Source: a virus
Virus record (IMG/VR): IMGVR_UViG_3300035145_002457
Location: 20,587 to 84,586 of that record
DNA length: 64,000 bases
Direction: 5' to 3' (one strand)
In this document: one piece after another, positions 40,206 to 47,682 of the stretch
Layout: every line of letters begins with the position of its first letter
Position numbering within the stretch: the first letter of the stretch is position 1
Translations under genes and position numbers: made by a program
Notes under the pieces: model-generated
The model's database searches: none
The model's input: only the letters and a program-made list of their open reading frames with translations
What the model was told of the DNA's origin: nothing

Positions 40206-41329
40206 TAACTACAAACTTCTTTAAAATTTTGATTCCTTGACTTATCCCAGAATTCTGTATGTGACCAAAATTTATCTAGTAAGTGTGTTTTGTCTTCGCC
40301 GTCCATATAAGTTGTGATATAATTACACAGATTTTTAATCTTTTCATTTGTATAGTTATAATTTGCATATTTGTCTCTAATAATTTGTTTTTGTTTTTCT
40401 GGTAGGACAGTCACACTCAAATATAATGGATAGGTTAGATGTGTAGGATTAATTATAATGCCTCTTTTGTCTAACCATTCTAATGTTTCTGGCAAGTGAT
40501 AAGCGTTGTAAATAGTTACTGTTGGTCTTGCAATAACAGTCATTCCTATTTCTTCACTTACTTCAACATATTTTTCAATGTTCTTAAGAGCTTCTTCGTG
40601 TTTTGTTAAGTGCCGTTGATATTCGTTTTCTTTGCCTACAATGCTATCAAGGCTGACAGCAAGTTCAACGTGATCAAACTGTTTCCAAGTTTCTACAATT
40701 TTTTTCTTAGGCCATACTGTACAATTTGTACTGTAATTTAACCTTATATTTTTTGCATAACCTTTCTCAACAGCATGTTCTAATAGCGTCCAATGATCTT
40801 TGATTATTAAAGGTTCGCCACCTGTAAATTTAATATACTTCATATCTTTAAGATGCGGATATATGCTATCTAAATTTGCATGGGTATGTCTAGTTTTAGC
40901 AAAGGTTTTGCCGTGATATTCTTGTTCTTCGTCGAATAGTTTATGACTATATCTACTATCGCACATTCTGCACATTAGATTACAATCGTTACTTAGACTT
41001 AGTTCTAGGTATTCTAATTTGTAATCTTTAGTGTTAACAGTATGAGTGCCTACCTTAGGGTGTTCATTTAATCTCATACGTAGGCTTTTTTTGTTGTTAT
41101 CTTCTTCTTCATAACAACGTCTACAACCTTCTAACCGTTCTCCTGCAAGTATGCGTTTACGAAGATCGTTTTGAAAATCGCTGTTAAAAATATTTTGAAT
41201 AGTGTCGTTATCAAGAGTGTGTTCTTTAGGTCTGTGATCTTCTAAAAACCTACAACAAGGCTTAACACGCCCTGTACCATCTACCATTTGATGATTCCAT
41301 AACACTGAACAGAAAGTTTTGCTGACCAT
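40193..41329 (-). CDS. Radical SAM enzyme with N-terminal twitch domain (subfamily A), inverted orientation
   Basis: FCSVLW...KPCC...GCRRCY, then CNLMCRMC and FTGGEP. Confidence 0.9.
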   Translation of the reverse strand: MVSKTFCSVLWNHQMVDGTGRVKPCCRFLEDHRPKEHTLDNDTIQNIFNSDFQNDLRKRILAGERLEGCRRCYEEEDNNKKSLRMRLNEHPKVGTHTVNTKDYKLEYLELSLSNDCNLMCRMCDSRYSHKLFDEEQEYHGKTFAKTRHTHANLDSIYPHLKDMKYIKFTGGEPLIIKDHWTLLEHAVEKGYAKNIRLNYSTNCTVWPKKKIVETWKQFDHVELAVSLDSIVGKENEYQRHLTKHEEALKNIEKYVEVSEEIGMTVIARPTVTIYNAYHLPETLEWLDKRGIIINPTHLTYPLYLSVTVLPEKQKQIIRDKYANYNYTNEKIKNLCNYITTYMDGEDKTHLLDKFWSHTEFWDKSRNQNFKEVCSYYDF

Positions 41330-41334
41330 AAATA

Positions 41335-41342
41335 TATTTATA
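41335..41342 (-). promoter_or_regulatory. T4-like late promoter TATAAATA, 5 nt upstream of the ATG (probably leaderless)
   Basis: + strand TATTTATA at 41335-41342, ATG at 41329, no SD in between. Confidence 0.6.
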
Positions 41343-41359
41343 TACGTGGTTTATTTGTC

Positions 41360-41388
41360 TTGCAAAACTGGTGTTAAGGTGCTATAAT
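41360..41388 (+). promoter_or_regulatory. sigma70-type promoter TTGCAA-N17-TATAAT with extended -10
   Basis: TTGCAA at 41360-41365 and TATAAT at 41383-41388 preceded by TG. The ATG at 41394 has no SD. Confidence 0.65.
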
Positions 41389-41393
41389 ATATT

Positions 41394-42515
41394 ATGAATG
41401 AAGACTTAAAATGGAGCAATTATGACTTCTCTAAGATCCCTTTTGATGACATTGTCAGTGTGGGTCAACGGACTTTGCTTTATCGTGATATTTTTACTGT
41501 ATCATGGCTACTTGGAAGGTTCTGTAACTACAGATGCTCCTACTGCTGGCCTTATGCCAGAAGCGATCGTAAAGACCACCGTCCTACCGAGCTCTGCTTG
41601 CTTACAGTGGATGAAATCAAACGTCAAGCTAGACTCAACGGTTTCAATTCTTTCCACTTCTCCTTGTCAGGAGGAGAACCTACTTTCCATCCTGGATACT
41701 TGGACATACTAAAGCATCTAGCAGATGATGTAGCAAATACAAATTATACTAGTATACACATGACTAGTAATTGTAGTCGTCCTATGAAATGGTTTAAAAC
41801 GTATGTTGAATATGCAAAGCCCTTTCATAGAGCAAGTATAACAGCAAGTCTGCACACAGAACATGTAAATACAAAGGAGAAGATGCAGGATTTTGCAGAC
41901 AAACTAATCTTGTGTCAAGAGCATGATGTACAAATTACAATCAATCAAGTTATGGTTCCAGAATGGTTTGAAAGAGATTGGGAAAACGCTTTATTCTTTC
42001 ACGAGCAAGGAATCAATGTCACACTCAAGCCTCAATCGGATCCGACTGCGTCAAGGGTGGTTGATGGATACACTGGGGATCAACTTAAAAAACTTTACAA
42101 CGGCATGCCACAAAGAGCATACACAGAAAGCAAACGTAAATGGCAAGAAAGACCTAAACCGTCATTCGAAGTACCTAAAGGAATAATGGGTAAAAATGAT
42201 GCAAGTGTGCCTTGGCACATGCAAGTAGAATTAAAAGACTCTAAAGGTAAAAAGTGGTATATGGACCAAGCAGAACGCTTTAATGCCTTTAATTTCAACA
42301 ATTTTGAAGGATGGCGGTGTAACGCCGGTTTTAGCGGAATAATAATACGGGAGCCTGACGGTTCGGTAAAAAGGAGTTATTCTTGCCATGATGCACCCCT
42401 TGGTAACATAGAAACAGGTTTTAACCTATTTAAAGAGCCAAAAAAATGTATTACAAAAAGTTGCGTAAGTAGTGCTGATAGTAAAATACCTAAAGTAAAA
42501 AATGGAAACATATAG
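41394..42515 (+). CDS. Radical SAM enzyme with C-terminal twitch/SPASM-like domain (subfamily C)
   Basis: CNYRCSYC and LSGGEPT. C-terminal GWRCNAG...YSC...KCITKSC. Confidence 0.9.
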   Translation: MNEDLKWSNYDFSKIPFDDIVSVGQRTLLYRDIFTVSWLLGRFCNYRCSYCWPYARSDRKDHRPTELCLLTVDEIKRQARLNGFNSFHFSLSGGEPTFHPGYLDILKHLADDVANTNYTSIHMTSNCSRPMKWFKTYVEYAKPFHRASITASLHTEHVNTKEKMQDFADKLILCQEHDVQITINQVMVPEWFERDWENALFFHEQGINVTLKPQSDPTASRVVDGYTGDQLKKLYNGMPQRAYTESKRKWQERPKPSFEVPKGIMGKNDASVPWHMQVELKDSKGKKWYMDQAERFNAFNFNNFEGWRCNAGFSGIIIREPDGSVKRSYSCHDAPLGNIETGFNLFKEPKKCITKSCVSSADSKIPKVKNGNI

Positions 42516-43320
42516 TATATTAAGTTATAATCGTACTGGTAGTACAGTAGTAGGACAATGCCTGGCAGGTCATTTTGGCCAAGAATATCAAGCAGAAATT
42601 ACAAATATTCCTAGTGTATTAATGCGTTATGATGACAACGGAAATGATATAAATGTCCCTTTTAAAAAACCATTACCTGAAGGTACCTATGTAAAAACAT
42701 ATGAGATACAAGAAGGATATGTTAAAAGATATTTAGAATTTGACAATCCGGAACCATTTATATTTGGTACATCACGTTTTACAAAAGAAGTAGAAAAAAG
42801 AAAAAAATTATTAAAATATAATTGTAAAAGCAAAAACAAAAGTATTTTTAAAATTCAACCGCAAAGTTTTATGGAAAATTTTAATGAACCTAAAATACTT
42901 GATGGATATAGATTCATTTTTTGTGCTAGACGTGATATTAGAGAACAAATATTAAGTTACCTAGTAGCAATGGAAACAAGATTATTTCATATTGGCTATA
43001 ATGATCAAATTATACATCTTGATAAAATAACAATAAAACGTAAATATTTTGATTTTTGTTTAGAAGGATTAAAACTTACCAACAAATTATTTGAATATTA
43101 CAAATCAACTAACCAAATTGGTAAAATTATATTTTATGAAGACTGGCAAGATGATGTATCTAAAGTGCTTCCATTATTAGGATTCAAACATACCCCAACA
43201 AAAACCTTTAAAAAGATAAAATATAGTGTAGGTTCTAAACATAATCTTGTAAATAATTTAGAACAAGTATACAAATGGATGGATAATGCAGAAGAATTTA
43301 ATTACACCTATAGACTTTAA
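42502..43320 (+). CDS. Sulfotransferase-like protein (P-loop PAPS-binding fold)
   Basis: ILSYNRTGSTVV (5'-PSB motif), FCARRDIREQILSY (3'-PB motif) and IFYED. Confidence 0.65.
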   Translation: METYSILSYNRTGSTVVGQCLAGHFGQEYQAEITNIPSVLMRYDDNGNDINVPFKKPLPEGTYVKTYEIQEGYVKRYLEFDNPEPFIFGTSRFTKEVEKRKKLLKYNCKSKNKSIFKIQPQSFMENFNEPKILDGYRFIFCARRDIREQILSYLVAMETRLFHIGYNDQIIHLDKITIKRKYFDFCLEGLKLTNKLFEYYKSTNQIGKIIFYEDWQDDVSKVLPLLGFKHTPTKTFKKIKYSVGSKHNLVNNLEQVYKWMDNAEEFNYTYRL

Positions 43321-43810
43321 AGTTGACATAGAACGATTGAAATATGATAGTGCAAAGGCTATCGAAACATTTCCGTTTAACAATCATAACCAAATTTGCT
43401 TTGTTAATACTTCGGGTGATAATTTGGATCCATATGAAGGGACAGGAGATAGTAGATTAAGTCATTGTCCTATGTACGGACTTAAAGAAGAAGATTTTAA
43501 TATATTCAACACTGCATTTAATGATACAATATTTGAAGAAATTTGTCAGCACTTTCCTTTTCAAATGGGTAGAATACGTTTAATGAAAGTTCCTGCAAAA
43601 AAATGCTACTGGATGCATAATGATCCTGGAATGGTACGCTATCATTTTGCAGTAGAAACAAACGAAGATTGCTTTATCTTATACAGAGATCATGGACATT
43701 ACCACATTCCTGCTGACGGAGTATGTTACCGTATGAACACTGATGAACATCATACTGCGGTAAATGCTAGTAGAGAAGATAGAATACATTTGGTTATCAG
43801 TGGATTATGA
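43286..43810 (+). CDS. Asp/Asn beta-hydroxylase-like 2OG-Fe(II) oxygenase
   Basis: RIRLMKV....YWMHND (HxD)...RYHFAVETN...HIPADG...NTDEHHTAVN...DRIHLV. Confidence 0.7.
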   Translation: MQKNLITPIDFKVDIERLKYDSAKAIETFPFNNHNQICFVNTSGDNLDPYEGTGDSRLSHCPMYGLKEEDFNIFNTAFNDTIFEEICQHFPFQMGRIRLMKVPAKKCYWMHNDPGMVRYHFAVETNEDCFILYRDHGHYHIPADGVCYRMNTDEHHTAVNASREDRIHLVISGL

Positions 43811-44265
43811 TTACATTTGATACTTGGCATACAGCAAGACATAAAGTGTCTGCATTTGAAGAATATAAAATTGTAAATAATTTATTAAAAGAATTTGCAG
43901 ATTGCAGGGCAAAAGACATAAACATATGTCAACCTAAGTTTAAGGATTGTTATTATAATAAGAAGTGGCATCTAGAATTTAGTAGGCACCCTATTGACAT
44001 ATACGAATATAGTTTTAATTGCCTTAGAGTGTATTTGGCATATAATCATGAAGAAGTCGAGAATGCAAAATTTTTTAGAAGCATAGATTTATTTTTTAAA
44101 TACCTTAAGGTTCATTTTAAATTAGAAAAACGCGAATGGCTAGATAAAATGTATGCGTATGCACAAGAAAGTGATCATCATAAAGCTCCTACGTTTATAA
44201 AAAATATGGATCAGTATTTTAAAAAATTGCACATAATGGATGAAATGAAATGTTTGATAAAGTAG
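43807..44265 (+). CDS. Hypothetical protein, 152 aa
   Basis: Overlaps both neighbours; no motif recognised. Confidence 0.55.
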   Translation: MITFDTWHTARHKVSAFEEYKIVNNLLKEFADCRAKDINICQPKFKDCYYNKKWHLEFSRHPIDIYEYSFNCLRVYLAYNHEEVENAKFFRSIDLFFKYLKVHFKLEKREWLDKMYAYAQESDHHKAPTFIKNMDQYFKKLHIMDEMKCLIK

Positions 44266-44954
44266 AAGTAAAAGAAACACATATGTGGTTTACCCCTGCA
44301 AGATTAGAAAGGCACTTACCTCTTTTGATAATGAGCCATGGTAGCGGAGGTATAAGTGATATTGATATCGACTTTGCGAAACTTGCTTGCTCAGAAGGAT
44401 ATCAAGTTGCCATTATAGATCATTTTACAAAAAGGAATGTAAAAAGCCAGTTATGGCATGATGTGGAAAATATATATCCTAGTTTTGCTGATAGAGCAGT
44501 TGATATTTACACTGTAGCAAAACAATACAATACAGACAAAAAAATATTGTTTGGAATAAGTGCCGGGGGTACAGCATGTCTATTATGTAGTAAAGATTTC
44601 GATAAAACATTTCTTGCTTATCCTGCACTAATTGGTATAACAAGTCCTATGCTAGAAGCCAAAAATGTAACCATAGTCACAGGAAAAGATGATAATTGGA
44701 CACCACCAGACCAAGCAAAAAGATATGCAAAACATGTAGATTGTGATTTACATATTATAGATGGTCATCATGGATTTTTGAATCCGCGTGAAAACAGACA
44801 ATTAGATAATGTAATAAGTTTGCGTAATGTTAATCTACCAATACCTTTTGAAGGCACATTAAATGAAATAAAATATGAAAAAGGTGTGACAGCAAAATAC
44901 AATGTTGACAGTAGAATTTATACCGAAAATTTATTTGTTAAATGGCTATCTTAG
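44250..44954 (+). CDS. Alpha/beta hydrolase (dienelactone-hydrolase-like)
   Basis: SHGSGG, GISAGG (GxSxG nucleophile), GKDDNWTP (Asp) and GHHGF (His). Confidence 0.75.
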   Translation: MFDKVEVKETHMWFTPARLERHLPLLIMSHGSGGISDIDIDFAKLACSEGYQVAIIDHFTKRNVKSQLWHDVENIYPSFADRAVDIYTVAKQYNTDKKILFGISAGGTACLLCSKDFDKTFLAYPALIGITSPMLEAKNVTIVTGKDDNWTPPDQAKRYAKHVDCDLHIIDGHHGFLNPRENRQLDNVISLRNVNLPIPFEGTLNEIKYEKGVTAKYNVDSRIYTENLFVKWLS

Positions 44955-45602
44955 ACGCTGTATACGTGCTTTTTGCGTGTGTGCGTAGGTTTTATTATAC
45001 TCCGCTATGTTGATACTCGGAAGGCTAAAAGGCGCTTGTACGGCGCTTATAAGCTGTGTAAAGCATACATTTTGCCAGCAATTAGGGTCTTGATTAACCC
45101 CTATAAAATCACCATTATCGTTGTGTTGTCTGCAGGTATTACACATATTTTCATGTAAAATCCAAGGACGTTTTTGGTTTAAATAAGCAACTAGATCTTG
45201 CATACTTCTTCTACGCATTAGCAATTCTATGCTGATAAAAGCATATTCGTATCCTAATTCAATTGCTTTAGAAACTTCAAATGGTACAAACCAATCTTCG
45301 CTCCATCTTGCTTTTCTGCTACTTCCTTTGTTTCTATAGTCTGGATGATAGTATGTTCTAGTGCAACACCTTGCAATGTTTTTTGGATAAGATCCGTTGT
45401 TCCATAATCCGCTAAATGCAACAATTTTATCATCATCATAAATTATTTCAAAACTATCAAATTTATGTACAGTTTTGTCTAAATCAAAATAATTTTTTGC
45501 ATTACGATGATTGTCGTTTGCTTCTATCCATTTACTTATTTTTTGTAAATTTTCTTTGTGCTTTTCAAAATCTTCAGATTCTAAAATGTTAATTATTTCC
45601 AT
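44946..45602 (-). CDS. GNAT-like acetyltransferase (tentative)
   Basis: IIYDDDKIVAFSGL...ARCCTRTYYHPDYRNKG resembles GNAT motif A. The ATG at 45602 overlaps the stop of the dehydrogenase. Confidence 0.45.
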   Translation of the reverse strand: MEIINILESEDFEKHKENLQKISKWIEANDNHRNAKNYFDLDKTVHKFDSFEIIYDDDKIVAFSGLWNNGSYPKNIARCCTRTYYHPDYRNKGSSRKARWSEDWFVPFEVSKAIELGYEYAFISIELLMRRRSMQDLVAYLNQKRPWILHENMCNTCRQHNDNGDFIGVNQDPNCWQNVCFTQLISAVQAPFSLPSINIAEYNKTYAHTQKARIQRLR

Positions 45603-46650
45603 AATTATTCCACGGATTAAAATTGTAAACACCTTCCATAGGTTTATCAGTCGGATGTACTTGTACATAAACAGAAGGCGAATCTTTTACAATCCAACCT
45701 CCGTGTTGTTTTACATAATGCTGTACCAATAGACTGTAACTCCCATCAGTTAGTTCTGTGTTTGGCTTATAACTGTCTGTGCTAAACATTACTTTATTGC
45801 CATATTTTAATATTTCAATAGCCATATTTTCTGCTTGTTTTTCTCTTGCTACAGTTATAGCACCAAAAAGATCATATTGCAAGTTTAATTTTTTTGCTAA
45901 ATCACTAAGTGCAATGTTGTCTCTAGGGTGACAAGGTCCTCCATCGCCCATGCCTGCTTTCATATATGCTTTACTTGTAATCCTTTTGGTACTTTCAGCA
46001 AGCGCCTCTGTCACAACGTCTACATTCATGTTACCTAATTTTACTGCAACATCTTGGATCATGTTTACGATTGATAATTTTGCACTTATAAATGTATTAT
46101 AAAAAACTTTTATACTTTCTGCTTCCTCATATGTTCCTTCAACATATCTTGCTCTTGACGTAACCGTTTCATAAAAATTTTTCAATGTGCTTTTGCCGCC
46201 TATGATTATCATTTCAGGATTTGCAAAATCTTCTTGAACTGTACCCATTGCTATCAAATATGGGTTGTATACAAAGTTTGTATTTGACACTAGTTTTTTT
46301 AATTTTCTACATGTGCCAGGTAATACTGTGCTTATCAAAACTAGTTCTTGTTTTTTGTTCATATATTTGTTACATTCTTGTAAAACTTTTTCAACGATGC
46401 TGTAATCAAAATCTTTTGTAGGCAAATGACTAGTAGGCATACTGCCATCATATTCTTTTACATGAGGAGTAGGAACTGCAACAAATACATAGTCACATCC
46501 TGATACTGCTCCTGCTATATTAGGAAATTGGAATACGCCTTTTGTGTTGCGTTTTACAATATCATATGCATTGACACTATGCCCTTTTTTAGCACAATAT
46601 TCCGCACAAGGTAAACCTAGTTTACCTAAACCTATAAATGCAATATTCAT
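45589..46650 (-). CDS. ugd: UDP-glucose/GDP-mannose dehydrogenase family protein
   Basis: IAFIGLGKLGLP, VAVPTP, ISTVLPGT, AESIKVFYNTFIS.K and GMGDGGPCHPRD (catalytic Cys). Short C-terminal domain. Confidence 0.8.
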   Translation of the reverse strand: MNIAFIGLGKLGLPCAEYCAKKGHSVNAYDIVKRNTKGVFQFPNIAGAVSGCDYVFVAVPTPHVKEYDGSMPTSHLPTKDFDYSIVEKVLQECNKYMNKKQELVLISTVLPGTCRKLKKLVSNTNFVYNPYLIAMGTVQEDFANPEMIIIGGKSTLKNFYETVTSRARYVEGTYEEAESIKVFYNTFISAKLSIVNMIQDVAVKLGNMNVDVVTEALAESTKRITSKAYMKAGMGDGGPCHPRDNIALSDLAKKLNLQYDLFGAITVAREKQAENMAIEILKYGNKVMFSTDSYKPNTELTDGSYSLLVQHYVKQHGGWIVKDSPSVYVQVHPTDKPMEGVYNFNPWNNYGNN

Positions 46651-46668
46651 TAATTGTCCTTTGTCTAA

Positions 46669-46690
46669 GATAAGTACTACTATTACTTAT
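46669..46690. promoter_or_regulatory. Pair of oppositely oriented late-like motifs (ATAAGTA) in a divergent gap
   Basis: GATAAGTA at 46669-46676 (+, towards 46702) and ATAAGTA at 46684-46690 (-, towards ugd). Confidence 0.35.
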
Positions 46691-46701
46691 TAAGGTGTTA
46701 G

Positions 46702-47682
46702 ATGATAGATATTAGACGTGAAAAAATGTTTGCAGATGATGTATACGTGCTTGACCACATAAAGGCATTAGACAAACAGAATGTATCATTTATCAATGAT
46801 AAAGATTACATTTTACAAGTTTATAAGAAAAAACTTAACAAAGCAAAAAAGAATAGCAAATATAAACATTTTGCATTTTATGCGGCAACAGACGGATGGA
46901 CAGAAATATTTGATTCGTTTGTAAAGAAAAATAATCTAATACCTTTCACAGGAAATTTAAATTGTAAAGATTGGATTTGGTTCCCGCATTGGCTAGTCGT
47001 TACTGACAGCATAGATCCATTACCTTGTTCAAAAACAGTTCCAGATTATCGCTGGCATTTTTGGGTAAGGAGGCCAAGGCCACATAGAATAGAACTACTC
47101 AAAAACTTTTCAGATTTGAATATTAACAACGGAGAAATTGTATTTCCAAAAAAACTAGTTGAGCCTACAGGTAGAGTTTATCCTAGTACAAAACAATTGT
47201 TTGGAAATGATAGACTGTACGATAACATTAGTGACAGATTAAATTTACCAATTGATATTGAAGTAGGCACAAATGGAGCATATGTTCCCGGTTTTGAATT
47301 GAGACAAAAACGTGCAATTGATATTGTAACCGAGACAATGTACTCAAACGAAGGAGGCATATTCATAAGTGAAAAAACATTTAAGCCTATACGAGCAGGA
47401 CAGTTGTTTGTTGTACTAGGACAAAAAGGCACTGTAAAAAGTTTGCATAATTACGGATTCAAAACTTTTAATAAATGGATAGATCATTCATACGATGATG
47501 TTGAGGATATGCCTACTAAAGCAAAAATGATAGCTAATGAAATATCGAGGATAAGCAACTTATCACATTCTGATTTTTTACAAATGTGGGTTGAAACTTA
47601 TGCTGATAGAAAGCATAACCAAACTTATAAGAATTATAAATTAGATTATTGGAAAAAATACCTAAATAGTTTCTTTGTTTGA
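46702..47682 (+). CDS. Putative glycosyltransferase-like protein (paralog of 23274)
   Basis: RRPRPHR...IDIVTET...FISEKTFKPI...GFKTFNKWIDHSYD. Confidence 0.5.
   Translation: MIDIRREKMFADDVYVLDHIKALDKQNVSFINDKDYILQVYKKKLNKAKKNSKYKHFAFYAATDGWTEIFDSFVKKNNLIPFTGNLNCKDWIWFPHWLVVTDSIDPLPCSKTVPDYRWHFWVRRPRPHRIELLKNFSDLNINNGEIVFPKKLVEPTGRVYPSTKQLFGNDRLYDNISDRLNLPIDIEVGTNGAYVPGFELRQKRAIDIVTETMYSNEGGIFISEKTFKPIRAGQLFVVLGQKGTVKSLHNYGFKTFNKWIDHSYDDVEDMPTKAKMIANEISRISNLSHSDFLQMWVETYADRKHNQTYKNYKLDYWKKYLNSFFV

Noticed and set aside
20165-42515. Calling the rSAMs MoaA, PqqE, NirJ or anaerobic sulfatase maturases
   Set aside because: No partner pathway genes (moaC, pqqA-D, a sulfatase) are present and there is no MoaA C-terminal GG. 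Such labels would only reflect the shared fold.
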